From positions 1-48,598 of the forward strand of contig JBEQLE010000023.1 of assembly GCA_040326155.1 (NCBI GenBank): a DNA stretch of 48,598 nucleotides, in the 5' to 3' direction. The notes beneath the pieces are model-generated. The model saw only the letters and a list, made by a program, of their open reading frames with translations. It had not been told where the DNA came from and made no database searches. This stretch comes from Leptospirales bacterium (GTDB lineage: Bacteria; Spirochaetota; Leptospiria; Turneriellales; JAOUFE01). The position numbers and the translations under genes were made by a program. Positions 1 through 10,409 of this stretch are shown one piece after another; the first letter of the stretch is position 1, and every line of letters starts with the position of its first letter.

Positions 1-212
1 CTGAGTTCCGCATTTTCTTGTCTCAACCTCTGCACCTCTTCGTTAAGGTTTTCTTGTTGAGGACTGCCTGGTTCAGATAGAAATTTCTCACGCCAAAGTT
101 TTAATGCCCCATCGGACACGCCCAGGTCTTTAGCAACCTGCCTTATTGATTTACCTGTTTTGATCAGGTGGTCCACTGCGTTTCTTTGAAACTCTTCATC
201 GTATTTTGCCAT
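1..212 (-). CDS. IS3-family transposase OrfA (HTH + coiled coil), 3'-truncated by window edge
   Basis: Manual translation: MAKYDEEFQRNAVDHLIKTGKSIRQVAKDLGVSDGALKLWREKF...EEVQRLRQENAEL, the HTH_Tnp_1 pattern. Confidence 0.85.
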   Translation of the reverse strand, partial: MAKYDEEFQRNAVDHLIKTGKSIRQVAKDLGVSDGALKLWREKFLSEPGSPQQENLNEEVQRLRQENAEL

Positions 213-266
213 TTTATCACCTCTTTATTTTTACGCAGAGGTGTCCAGAAAAATGGGGTCATATCA
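1..266 (-). mobile_element. IS3-family insertion sequence, left end (rest lies outside the window)
   Basis: Minus strand 266-241 reads TGATATGACCCCATTTTTCTGGACAC, an IS3-type terminal inverted repeat (TG...GGACA). It is followed by an SD (GAGGTG) and an OrfA-like ORF. Confidence 0.85.
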
Positions 267-395
267 GTTATCAACAATTAGTGATCAGTGATCGGTTCTG
301 CTCAATTCCCATTCAGCACCCCCGCAATTTCCCTGAAACTTTCTAACCCTGCCTTCCAGGTTCTTTTCGAACAGTCTCTATAGCAATTAGTTTAC

Positions 396-572
396 TCATT
401 TATCTTTGGGCATCAAAGTGATATTATGATCAGATGCTTTTGTATAGACGGCACTTTTTGAACGACCAAGTTTTTTGGCGATGGTATCAGTGTCTGTCTT
501 TTGTTTCGCTAACTTTTTTAATTCAGCAATGTCATTTTCTGTCCAATCTTTACCTGCATTATTATCCGTCAT
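396..572 (-). CDS. Small 58-aa HTH-like protein (GcrA-N/Myb-like pattern)
   Basis: Not in the ORF track. MTDNNAGKDWTENDIAELKKLAKQKTDTDTIAKKLGRSKSAVYTKASDHNITLMPKDK, with SD AAGGAG upstream and a W-T..D...L...IA.KLGRS..AV pattern. Confidence 0.75.
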   Translation of the reverse strand: MTDNNAGKDWTENDIAELKKLAKQKTDTDTIAKKLGRSKSAVYTKASDHNITLMPKDK

Positions 573-596
573 GTTAAAACTCCTTTTATTTAAAAC

Positions 597-722
597 CTAA
601 GCCACCAACGCTTCATTCAACTCATCAATAATTTCATTCATGGTTTTTACAACCCAGCGACCGCCTTTTTTAGGGCCAACATATTCTATAATATTCTCTT
701 TAACCAGTTTGGCTGCGGCTCT
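597..722 (-). pseudogene. Remnant of a C-terminal winged-HTH (as found on Fic/ATP-binding regulator proteins)
   Basis: RAAAKLVKENIIEYVGPKKGGRWVV matches the 'L...G.I..vGs.K.G.W.V' wHTH tail. An in-frame stop lies just upstream and there is no usable start. Confidence 0.45.
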
Positions 723-1113
723 CTAATTGTTTAATCGTTAAATCATTCTTACAAGAGTTCATCCGTTACGACAATAACATCGGGTGTACTTCCTAAAAGT
801 CTATCCACTTTAATCTCTTGAATTGTACTTTCAAGGGAAAATTAAAGCAAGTTAGAATGAATTTATTAATTAGAATCTTTTAACTGGCATGAACCGCCAA
901 ATACCACCGTAAGTCTTAAAGGATTTATATTTTAATTGACTATTATGAGATTTTTTCGAATTAATTGACTTTTCCTGAATTTTTTTAAATAATTTGCCCT
1001 TTACTGTTTTTCTTTGTAAATTCCTACTAACAAAAAAAATAGATGAAAACAAATAAATAATATCATCAGCGTAACTAGTCAGGTCAACAGAAACGGTAAC
1101 AGAGGGAGCGAAA

Positions 1114-4100
1114 ATGAGAAAAATATTATTCATACAAAACCAAGTGGAACAGTACATTACGACGAAGTACATTCTCGAAAGTAACAGCTACAAAATAGTA
1201 TCCTATACACAAGCAATGAAGGCGCTACGGTATACACGCGATAATCCACCAGACATAATCATTACTGACTTATTTGAGCCAAAAGTAAATGCTTTTATGC
1301 TAATAAAAGAGTTGAAAAAAGAAAGTAAATTAAAACAAATTCCTATTATTATACTCACAAAAAAAAATGTAGAACCAGAGCAAAATGTACTTTTGAATAA
1401 TATGGGAGTTAAGAGATATATAGTAGAGCCGATTGAACCAGATGAACTTCTAAATATAATTGACAAGACTTTTAACGAGCATAAAACAGAGAAAAAGAAA
1501 ACTATAGCACAAGCTGAAAAAAAACACTTCAGCCATAAGCTAATAAAAGCTTCGTTGCTGAATAATGTATTTGCAAATAATCTCTCTCTACTTTCTTTAA
1601 TGAATAAAGCTTTTACCAGATTACAGAATAAAACACGCGACTTTTACCCCGGTAGAAACTCTTTTGACATTTATTCGAATGAAAAAAAGAAACGAGTATC
1701 TGAAATTGTTACCAAATCTGGTGACCCGTATATGACATACGCAAAATCAATTGAATCGGCAGAATGGCGTTCCATGACTCTGACTAACTTTACAGACCGA
1801 GACGTAGAAATTCATTCTCTTACCGCATCAGAGAAAGAATTACGAACTCTCCTGAAACACTCTCCCGACCAAATAATAAAACTCGACTCCGATTTGAGAA
1901 TTACATTCCTGAATCGTCCATCCCACGGATTAACAGTTCAGGAGTCAATCGGCAAACCTTTATACACACTGTCTAAAAAGAATAAACAAATTGAAATAAA
2001 ATGCAAATTAAAATCAATACTAGAAACCGGGATCCCTGTCAGATACAAGACAGTATATCACCCCCCCGAAGAAGCAGTAATTCATTACGAAAGTAATGCA
2101 GCACCGATTTTTACTAAGGATGAAATTTCAGGAATTGTGGTTAATTCCAGAGATATAACCCAACAGGTTCACTCTGAAAAGAGATTACGCGAAAGCGCAG
2201 GGAGATTTCGAAAATCTTTTGAACACGCGAGTATAGGTATGATCATGGTAAGTCCAGAGGGCAATATGGTTAAAGTGAACCCGGCTTTTTGCAAAATGTT
2301 GGGTTATTCACGAAATGAGGTAACACACAGTAGTTTTAAGTCCATAACACATCCAGATGACATAAAAAAATCAGCAGAAAGCGTAAAGAAATTAGTTGAT
2401 GGTAAAATTCCATCATACTCCATTGAAAATAGATATTTGCATAAGAATGGACAAATTATATTTACTCAAAATAGCAGCTCTTTAAGCCGCGATCCCAAAG
2501 GTAAGCCACTATACTTAATAAGTCAATTACAGGAAATATCTAAAAGAAAAATGATAGAAGCAAAATTAATAGATAGCGAAAAAAGGACACGCATACTTTC
2601 CGAAGCTTCGTTTGAGGGCATTGCCATAATAACCAATGATGTTATCACCGATGCAAACGAAAACCTGTTGCGAATGCTTGGTATACAACGTTCTGAGTTA
2701 ATCGGAAAAATGCCTATCGATTTCGTCATCGCCAGGGAAGCTGACAAGTTTCTTAAAAAAGTTTCATCTTTGTCTGATAATTATTTTGAAACTACTGTCA
2801 TCCAAAAAGACGGTTCGTTTCTTACAGTCGATGTGTTAAATAGAAACTTCTTAACAGAAGATCAAAACATAAGGACAATGGCCTTTCGCGACAGTTCAGA
2901 ACGGCTGGATTCGGAGAACACATTAAAAGAATATAAAGAGCTACTTGATCAGGCTCAAAAAATAGCTCAAATTGGAAGCTGGTCCTATGATATTGGAAAT
3001 CAAAAATTCACATTGTCAGACCAGGTTTTCAATATTTTTCAAATGACAGATACGGAAAAGGAAATAATAAAATCAGACTTTACATATTTATTCAAATTTA
3101 TTCATCCTGAAGATAGAAACTTTGTAGAAGATGCCATTCGTAAGGCCAAAGATAAGTTTAAAGTATATAATATAAATCACAGATTTATTGATAAACAAGG
3201 GATTGAACGTATTATTCATCAAGAAGCGGCTATAGTGAATGACAAAGCGGAAAATGCACTACATCTGGTGGGTACAATTCAGGATATTACTGAAATTAAA
3301 ACAACACAGGCTGAGTTAATGGAGTACAAGGCTCTTTGGAAGGCGCTGAGTGCAAGTGAAAGAAGATTAAAAATAGTTCTGGAGGGAGCCAGGCTTGGAT
3401 CATGGGAAGCAGATCTCAACGAACGAATTGTCTCTTTTGATGAAATGAAATGCATCCAGCATGGTATTAAAAGTAAGGGCAAAGTTCTCTCGTTCAGCAA
3501 ATATATAACCCATGTACATTCTAAAGATATATCAAAAATAAATACTTCATTGTTAGATATCTACCGAGGAAAAAAGGATGATTATAAAGTAGAGTACCGT
3601 ACCAGAGATGGAAAATGGTTATTGGCAATAGCGGCGGTTACCAGAAGAGATGAGAATAAGAAACCCTGGAAACTCTCAGGCGTAACCGTGGATATAAACG
3701 AGATTAAAATAGCGCAAAACGAGCTGTTGATAGCTAAACAAAAAGCAGAGGGAGCCGATCGTTTAAAATCAACTTTCTTAGCTAACATGAGCCATGAATT
3801 AAGAACTCCCATGAATGCGATTCTAGGTTACTCCAGATTTCTCAGCAGGGGAGAAAATTTATCTTCAAAACAGAAAAATGATATTGAAATTATCAATCGT
3901 AGTGGAGTACATTTATTGAATTTGATAAATGATGTATTAAGCATGTCTCAGATTGAAGCCGGGCGAGCAATTATCCATTTACAAGATTTTAATTTTAGAA
4001 TTATGTTACACGAAATAGAAGAATTGGTAAGATATCGAGTTGAACAAAAAGGAGTAAAATTCATTACCACCTGTGATAAATATCTCCCGCAAATGATAAA

Positions 4101-5196
4101 AGGTGATAAACAGAAATTACATCAAGTATTATTGAACCTCTTGAACAACTCGGAAAAATTTACCAACAAGGGATACGTACATCTTCGTGTGAAAAAAGTG
4201 GATGAAACAACCGACCATAAACTATTTTATTCAAACAAAACCTGCACCATTGAATTTGAGATCGAAGATACGGGAAAAGGAATTCCAGAATCTGACAAAG
4301 TTTCCATATTCAATCCGTTTCACCATGCATCCAATAAAAAAACATCAGATGAAGGTACTGGTTTGGGTCTGGCAATTAGTAAGCAGTATGTTCAATTGAT
4401 GGGTGGCAATTTACAGTTGAAAGCGAAAGCAGATAAAGGCGCAATTTTTCATTTCAAAATTAACGTTGAGGTGTCAGACAAAAAAGGAGAATTTGCAGAA
4501 TCTACCACGGATAACTTTGTCATACTTTCTCCCGGTCAACCATCCTATAAAATTCTAGTTGTTGAAAACAACAATTACAACCGCAGACTACTTGTCAGAT
4601 TACTGGGAGATGCCGGATTTATAATGGAAGAAGCTGTCAATGGTGAAGAAGGAATTAAGCGATACAAAGAGTGGAATCCGCATCTGATTGTAATGGATAT
4701 GCGTATGCCTGTTATGGATGGTTATATGGCTACTAAAAAAATAAGAAAAATGGAGTCAGAATCTGAACACACGCCAATTCTTTCTTTAACCGCAAATGCT
4801 TTTGACACGGACCAAAAAGAAATTTTGGAAGCAGGTTGTGATGAATTCATCCGCAAACCATTTCACGATAAAGTACTGTTCGATCTGATAGCAAAACATC
4901 TCGGAGTATCCTATCAAAAACATACATCCGTGAAAAAAGAAAAGAAAAAAGTAACCGCAACGCATACAGATCTATTATCACCGGAAAATCTAGAAGAAAT
5001 ACCATTGGACCATTTGAACCGCCTGGTATATGCTACGGAAAATCTCGATGTGACAAAAACACAGAATGTAATAAAAGTAATTGAAACCAATCATCAAGAT
5101 ATTGCTTTTGCTCTGCGCTCTTTGGCCAAAGAATTTAAGTACAATCAAATATGGACATTAGTTCAAAATGCTTTAAGGAAAAATGAATTGATTTAA
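1114..5196 (+). CDS. Cytoplasmic hybrid histidine kinase: degenerate REC - multiple PAS/PAC - HisKA - HATPase - REC
   Basis: FLANMSHELRTPMNAILG (H box), QVLLNLLNNSEKFT (N), DTGKGI (G1), GTGLGLAIS (G2), C-terminal MDMRMPVMDG...KPF, and several PAS motifs (ITHPDD, FIHPEDR). Confidence 0.95.
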   Translation: MRKILFIQNQVEQYITTKYILESNSYKIVSYTQAMKALRYTRDNPPDIIITDLFEPKVNAFMLIKELKKESKLKQIPIIILTKKNVEPEQNVLLNNMGVKRYIVEPIEPDELLNIIDKTFNEHKTEKKKTIAQAEKKHFSHKLIKASLLNNVFANNLSLLSLMNKAFTRLQNKTRDFYPGRNSFDIYSNEKKKRVSEIVTKSGDPYMTYAKSIESAEWRSMTLTNFTDRDVEIHSLTASEKELRTLLKHSPDQIIKLDSDLRITFLNRPSHGLTVQESIGKPLYTLSKKNKQIEIKCKLKSILETGIPVRYKTVYHPPEEAVIHYESNAAPIFTKDEISGIVVNSRDITQQVHSEKRLRESAGRFRKSFEHASIGMIMVSPEGNMVKVNPAFCKMLGYSRNEVTHSSFKSITHPDDIKKSAESVKKLVDGKIPSYSIENRYLHKNGQIIFTQNSSSLSRDPKGKPLYLISQLQEISKRKMIEAKLIDSEKRTRILSEASFEGIAIITNDVITDANENLLRMLGIQRSELIGKMPIDFVIAREADKFLKKVSSLSDNYFETTVIQKDGSFLTVDVLNRNFLTEDQNIRTMAFRDSSERLDSENTLKEYKELLDQAQKIAQIGSWSYDIGNQKFTLSDQVFNIFQMTDTEKEIIKSDFTYLFKFIHPEDRNFVEDAIRKAKDKFKVYNINHRFIDKQGIERIIHQEAAIVNDKAENALHLVGTIQDITEIKTTQAELMEYKALWKALSASERRLKIVLEGARLGSWEADLNERIVSFDEMKCIQHGIKSKGKVLSFSKYITHVHSKDISKINTSLLDIYRGKKDDYKVEYRTRDGKWLLAIAAVTRRDENKKPWKLSGVTVDINEIKIAQNELLIAKQKAEGADRLKSTFLANMSHELRTPMNAILGYSRFLSRGENLSSKQKNDIEIINRSGVHLLNLINDVLSMSQIEAGRAIIHLQDFNFRIMLHEIEELVRYRVEQKGVKFITTCDKYLPQMIKGDKQKLHQVLLNLLNNSEKFTNKGYVHLRVKKVDETTDHKLFYSNKTCTIEFEIEDTGKGIPESDKVSIFNPFHHASNKKTSDEGTGLGLAISKQYVQLMGGNLQLKAKADKGAIFHFKINVEVSDKKGEFAESTTDNFVILSPGQPSYKILVVENNNYNRRLLVRLLGDAGFIMEEAVNGEEGIKRYKEWNPHLIVMDMRMPVMDGYMATKKIRKMESESEHTPILSLTANAFDTDQKEILEAGCDEFIRKPFHDKVLFDLIAKHLGVSYQKHTSVKKEKKKVTATHTDLLSPENLEEIPLDHLNRLVYATENLDVTKTQNVIKVIETNHQDIAFALRSLAKEFKYNQIWTLVQNALRKNELI

Positions 5197-5201
5197 TCAA
5201 G

Positions 5202-6374
5202 TTGGAATTAAGAATGGAAACGGTCGATACGAAAAGCAGTACTATTCTAGTTGTCGATGATATTGCTGAAAATTTACAACTATTGATCGATATACTTGGA
5301 GATCATAACTATACGATACGTCCCGCGTCCGATGGTGAATTTGCCATCAAGTATGCAACTTCAGATCCGCCCGATTTAATTTTACTCGATATAAGAATGC
5401 CTGGTCTAAGTGGATATGATGTGTGTAAAACCTTAAAAAGTAATGAAATTACAAAAGATATTCCTGTAATTTTTATCAGCGCCGCAGACGATATATCTGA
5501 TATTAAAACAGGTTTTGATGTAGGAGGAGTTGATTACATTACAAAGCCTTTTAACGATGAAGAGGTTATTGTCCGAGTCAAGAACCATTTGATTCTACAG
5601 AGATTAAAACAAAATCTTAAAACTAAAAACGCAGAACTTAAAAATGCTCTAGAACGGGAACGAAAAATGATCGAAGACTTAAGGTTGAATCTTAGCCTTT
5701 CGTTGCCGCACGAATTGCGGACTCCCTTGAATGGAATTCTTGGATTTTCAGAGCTGCTTGCGGGTTTAACCGAACTCCCTACTCTCTCCGAAATTACGGA
5801 ATATGCAAAAGCAATTAATGCAAGTGGAAAAAGATTGTACAGGCTTGTCGAAAATTCCCTTATCTATGCTGACTTAAAATTAATTAACTATACGGCCGCA
5901 AATGGTAAAATTCGGGAAATGAAAAAAACACCATTATATATAATGGAAATCGTCGAAGCTGTAGCAAAACGTCAAGCTTATATTGCGAATAGAACGGAAG
6001 ACCTGCAATTGGATTTAGAAGACATTGAAGTGATCATATCAAGCGACAATCTTGAGAAAATATTAATAGAGTTACTCACGAACGCTTTTTTCTTTTCCAA
6101 ACCCGAAACTCTTGTGAAAGTAAAACTAAAAAAAACAAAAAATGAAAACCGGTTAGAAATATCCGATTATGGAGTTGGTTTAGATTCCGAACAAATTAGT
6201 TCGCTTGGAGGTTTTATGCAATTTCAGCGTCAAAAATATGCGCAACAGGGCATGGGGTTTGGCTTGACGATTGCTTCGTTATTGATCCGTATGGAAAATG
6301 GAAAAATGGAAATCGAAAGCAAAAAAGGTGTTGGGACTACGTTTCGTCTATTATTCCCATTATTTGAAAAATAA
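5202..6374 (+). CDS. Response regulator-histidine kinase (REC-HisKA-HATPase); alternative ATG start at 5214
   Basis: ILVVDD...LILLDIRMPGLSG...DYITKPF, then LPHELRTPLNGILG, DYGVG and GMGFGL. Confidence 0.93.
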   Translation: MELRMETVDTKSSTILVVDDIAENLQLLIDILGDHNYTIRPASDGEFAIKYATSDPPDLILLDIRMPGLSGYDVCKTLKSNEITKDIPVIFISAADDISDIKTGFDVGGVDYITKPFNDEEVIVRVKNHLILQRLKQNLKTKNAELKNALERERKMIEDLRLNLSLSLPHELRTPLNGILGFSELLAGLTELPTLSEITEYAKAINASGKRLYRLVENSLIYADLKLINYTAANGKIREMKKTPLYIMEIVEAVAKRQAYIANRTEDLQLDLEDIEVIISSDNLEKILIELLTNAFFFSKPETLVKVKLKKTKNENRLEISDYGVGLDSEQISSLGGFMQFQRQKYAQQGMGFGLTIASLLIRMENGKMEIESKKGVGTTFRLLFPLFEK

Positions 6375-6431
6375 TTTGTTACAAAAATTAGCCTCTTTCT
6401 ACCATTGCAATCACAAGAACCGTTTTTAGAA

Positions 6432-7484
6432 TCACTGTTTATATTTATCGGTGTATTTTTTTTTAACGATTTGTATTGAATCATAACCACTATAAAAAGC
6501 CTCAACAATTCCAGGGTCAAAATGTTCTCCTTTTTCTTTATCAATAAATTCCAGAGTTTTTTCTTCCGGCCAGGCTTTTTTATAATATCTGTCGCTACCG
6601 AGGGCGTCATAAACGTCCGCAAAAGCCGTTATACGAGCGAAAATATGAATTTCTTCACCTTTTAGCCCTCGTGGGTAACCCGTTCCATTGTATTTCTCGT
6701 GATGTTCATAAGCAACAATGGCAGAATCCAAAAACAATTTATGGTTCGAACTTTGTAAAAGTTTATATCCTTCCGTGGTGTGTGTTTTCATAATTTCAAA
6801 TTCATCCGGGGTTAATTTTCCCGGTTTTTTTAAAATTGAATCGGGAATGGCAATTTTCCCAATATCGTGCATGGGAGAAGCCATTTTTAACGCTTCGGCA
6901 TCTTCTATTGGAAGTCCGAACTCAAGCGCCAAAAGTTTTGAAATTTCAGCAACTCTTCGAATGTGGTTCCCGGTTTCTTTGGAACGGGCTTCAACAATTT
7001 CGGATAATTTATATATTACCTCACGTTGAGAAATATCCAACTCTTTTTGCAGGGCTTCTTTTTCTTCTTGTTCTTGAATTCGTTTTTTAATATAAGTGCT
7101 GACTTTTTCAATAGTTGCAATTAAATCTTCGAAATCTATAGGTTTTGTAATAAAATCAAAAGCTCCCTGGTTCATACAGGCTCGTAAATTATTCATATCG
7201 CCAAAGGCTGAAATCATGACGGTCTGTTTAAAATCTTTCATCTCTTTGATTTTTTGCAATAAGGTAATTCCGTCCATTTTGGGCATGTTAATATCGCTAA
7301 AGATAAGATAAATATCGGGATTTTTTAATAGAATGTCGAGACCATGCTGCCCGTCGTAAGCAAAAAAAAGTTGCACTACTCCTTCTCGTTCGGCTTTTTT
7401 AAGTCTCTGGTGAATTAAAAACTCAAAATCTTTTTCATCATCTACAAATAGAATTTTATTGGGTATATTCTCTTTTATCAACAT
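6432..7484 (-). CDS. REC + HD-GYP cyclic-dinucleotide phosphodiesterase (RpfG-like)
   Basis: Receiver (VDDE, SDINMP, TKP), then ETGNHIRRV, MHDIGK, HHEKYNGTGYPRGLKGEEI and ADVYDAL. Confidence 0.95.
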   Translation of the reverse strand: MLIKENIPNKILFVDDEKDFEFLIHQRLKKAEREGVVQLFFAYDGQHGLDILLKNPDIYLIFSDINMPKMDGITLLQKIKEMKDFKQTVMISAFGDMNNLRACMNQGAFDFITKPIDFEDLIATIEKVSTYIKKRIQEQEEKEALQKELDISQREVIYKLSEIVEARSKETGNHIRRVAEISKLLALEFGLPIEDAEALKMASPMHDIGKIAIPDSILKKPGKLTPDEFEIMKTHTTEGYKLLQSSNHKLFLDSAIVAYEHHEKYNGTGYPRGLKGEEIHIFARITAFADVYDALGSDRYYKKAWPEEKTLEFIDKEKGEHFDPGIVEAFYSGYDSIQIVKKKYTDKYKQ

Positions 7485-7596
7485 TTTCTACACAACTTAC
7501 CTATAAAATAGATATGTCTTTATTTATTGTCGGCTCCATAAGGCAACTTTTTTTTCTAAATGAAAATTTCACCGAAATCTAAATTCAAAAAAGCCT

Positions 7597-8022
7597 TTAA
7601 AATTTTTCAATTACCGATTGTAACAGCAAAATATTCACAGGCTTATTGATCACTTCATTCATTCCGGCGTCGAGAGCCTTTTGTTCCACCAGTTTTTTTT
7701 CATCTGCCGTACATGCTACAATTCGTAACGTTTTGTAATAATCTCCGTCCATATTTCGTATAGTTACGGAAGTCTCATAGCCGTCAATTCCGGGCATATT
7801 AAGATCTAGTATAATAAGAATGTATTCTTGACTTTTAATTTTTTCAATAGCTTCGTACCCAGAATTAACGTCATCAACAATGTTACCCAGCTTCTCAACC
7901 ATAGCTTTTATTAATTTAAGATTGATTTCATCATCATCAACCACAAGAATTTTTTTACACACAATTGTCATGATAACAGGTTTGTATACTATGTAAACAA
8001 TTTTATAGTCATTATTTGCCAT
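7597..8022 (-). CDS. Single-domain response regulator (true start may be a later Met, MTIVCKK)
   Basis: ILVVDDDEIN...LDLNMPGIDG...CTA...INKPV. Confidence 0.9.
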   Translation of the reverse strand: MANNDYKIVYIVYKPVIMTIVCKKILVVDDDEINLKLIKAMVEKLGNIVDDVNSGYEAIEKIKSQEYILIILDLNMPGIDGYETSVTIRNMDGDYYKTLRIVACTADEKKLVEQKALDAGMNEVINKPVNILLLQSVIEKF

Positions 8023-8114
8023 ATTGACAGTTTAAAATGAATATACAAAATTAATGAAAATGACAAATATTTTATTGAACAATAATTAGATTAGACCGAT
8101 ATTACAAATAAGAC

Positions 8115-10301
8115 ATGAAAAATTTTACATTCACGTCAGAATTTCAATACAACAAGCAGGCAATGAAATCGACAATCCGGTTTTATGCTACTGCTGTCAT
8201 TACATTCATAATATTTATTTTATTTATCCACATTTTAGATCGCAGAGCGGAACGGTTACGATATCAAAAGTCCAACCTCAAGACGGCGCATACGGTATCG
8301 ATTGAAATTTCCGCTTATTTTTTCGAAATAATCGGGGACCTTTTTGGATTGTCCCAAAAAACCCTCTTGTTTAGGGATAACCCTGTGGCAAAGCGAGAGT
8401 TGTCTGAACGATTTAAGCAATATGCACTTATACAAAAAAATTATCATCAAATACGATTTATAGATTTAAAAGGAAAGGAAATTGTCCGCGTGAATTATAA
8501 CGGGCAGAACGCTGTAACTGTTCCATTTTCTAAACTTCAAAATGTATCTAAACGGGATTATTTTAAAAAAGCGATAAGTCTTAATAAAGGGGAGGTTTAT
8601 ATTTCCAGGTTTCATTTAAATTTAGAAAAAGGTGAAATTGAAAAACCGATGCTTCCGATTATACGTTTAACCATACCGGTATTTAATAAAACGGGGGAAA
8701 AAAAGGGTATACTGGTAATCAACTATATGGGTGAACATTTATTGAAAAGATTGGCTTTAATGAATCAAGAGAGTAAAGCCAGGTTAATGTTGCTTAATCA
8801 AGAAGGGTATTGGTTATATTCTGACAATGAAGCTGACAATGGGGGGTTTCAATTACCCTGGAAACGGAATATTATCGAAGATTATCAGGATGAATGGGAA
8901 GAAATCATCCAAAAATCGGAAGGTCAAATTACCAGTAAAAATGGTTTATTCACTTTCACCAGGGCGGATGTACAAACGGGAGACTACCGAATATGGCAAG
9001 AAAAATACTCGTCCCATGGGTTCGTTGATATTTTTCTTGAAGAAAAACCCTGGGAAATTGTTGTGTTCATCGACCCAAGAACTCTTCTTGCAGAGCCATT
9101 AAGCAGATTGAAATTCTTACTGCTCGGGTTATTGGTCAGTATGTTCGGGCTACTCCCTGTGAGTGTTATTTGGGGCAAAAGAAATTCTCAAGGGATTATG
9201 GATAAAAAAAGAAATGAAACTTTTGCAAAAATTATTGAACAGAGCGACGAATTGATTTACGTAACAGAACCAGATTCAAAAATTATTTTTGCCAACAAAG
9301 CGTTTGAACGTCATACCGGCTATACCATCAATGAAGCCATTGGACAGACGCCTCGTCTGATCAAATCGGGAATGCATCCGAAAGAATTTTACAGTCAATT
9401 ATTTGAGACAATTCAGGCCGGTAAAGATTACCATGCCGTGGTGATTAACCGAAAAAAAGACGGCACCATTTACCATGAAACAAAAATGATTACTTCGTTA
9501 AAAGATGCCGATGGAAACATTGAATATTATGTTTCCATCGGGTCGGATATATCAGAGACTCATAAAAATAAAGAACGCGAGTTGGAAAATACAACACTTA
9601 TGTCGAGCGCGATATCACATCACTTTAATAATATCTTGAATGTTATAATTAATTATGTAAACCTCGCCATGAAAGATATAAACGGCAGCTCTCACGAAAA
9701 GTCAATGAGGTACTTGCAAACTATTTTTAATATCGCTCAGAAGGCCGAAGATCTGGTTGAAAAAATATTTTACTCTGGACATCAACAACTGGTAAACTTG
9801 CCAAAAGTATCAGCACAGACACTGATTGTTGAGATTGTGAATATTATAAAAAAGGATCTACCAACAAAAATAACGGTTAATTTGCAAATGGAAGAAGACC
9901 TACCAAATGTCAAAATTAAAGGTAACCTCATAGGTTATGCCTTGCGAGCGCTCATAAAAAACTCCGAAGAAGCAATCGAAAATAAAGGTGAAGTCAATAT
10001 TTTCGTATTTATATCGACTCATGTAAACAAAACCTGCGTTACCTGCGGAACTCCTGTCAATGGAAAATACTTCGAGATTTTTGTGCAAGACAATGGTTGT
10101 GGTATTGATCCGTCGATTATGGATCGTGTGTTCGATCCATTTTTTAGCAATAAAGAAGGTGCAGATTCGGTCATACAAACACCCGGACTTGGACTTACCG
10201 CAGTGCGGGGCATTCTGCATGCGCATAGAGGACACATATTACTCGAAAGTAGCGAAAATACCGGTACTGGAATTTGTCTCTTGTTACCGCTGGATGATTA
10301 A
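8115..10301 (+). CDS. Membrane histidine kinase: TM - dCache-like periplasmic domain - TM - PAS - HisKA - HATPase
   Basis: YHQIRFIDLKGKEIVRVN / PIIRLTIPVF Cache pattern, PAS (NKAFERHTGY...GQTPRLIKSG), SHHFNNIL H box, DNGCGI and GLGL. Confidence 0.92.
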   Translation: MKNFTFTSEFQYNKQAMKSTIRFYATAVITFIIFILFIHILDRRAERLRYQKSNLKTAHTVSIEISAYFFEIIGDLFGLSQKTLLFRDNPVAKRELSERFKQYALIQKNYHQIRFIDLKGKEIVRVNYNGQNAVTVPFSKLQNVSKRDYFKKAISLNKGEVYISRFHLNLEKGEIEKPMLPIIRLTIPVFNKTGEKKGILVINYMGEHLLKRLALMNQESKARLMLLNQEGYWLYSDNEADNGGFQLPWKRNIIEDYQDEWEEIIQKSEGQITSKNGLFTFTRADVQTGDYRIWQEKYSSHGFVDIFLEEKPWEIVVFIDPRTLLAEPLSRLKFLLLGLLVSMFGLLPVSVIWGKRNSQGIMDKKRNETFAKIIEQSDELIYVTEPDSKIIFANKAFERHTGYTINEAIGQTPRLIKSGMHPKEFYSQLFETIQAGKDYHAVVINRKKDGTIYHETKMITSLKDADGNIEYYVSIGSDISETHKNKERELENTTLMSSAISHHFNNILNVIINYVNLAMKDINGSSHEKSMRYLQTIFNIAQKAEDLVEKIFYSGHQQLVNLPKVSAQTLIVEIVNIIKKDLPTKITVNLQMEEDLPNVKIKGNLIGYALRALIKNSEEAIENKGEVNIFVFISTHVNKTCVTCGTPVNGKYFEIFVQDNGCGIDPSIMDRVFDPFFSNKEGADSVIQTPGLGLTAVRGILHAHRGHILLESSENTGTGICLLLPLDD

Positions 10302-10409
10302 CAATCTCCCTGGCAATACATACATCTTGGATTATTTAAAATATCCTGAGTCTATTAAAAGCCATTATCCTGCCTCAATTTTTTTTTATTATTGTAGACG
10401 CATTGACGA

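Noticed and set aside
266..295. Heptamer-like repeats (AGTTATC/AGTGATC) next to the IS end
   Set aside because: Only two or three degenerate units, too short to support a call. The IS target duplication cannot be tested without the other end.
870..1172. 100-aa minus-strand ORF and the many short antisense ORFs nested in long genes
   Set aside because: They are shadow frames of well-supported genes, with no motifs or SD support.
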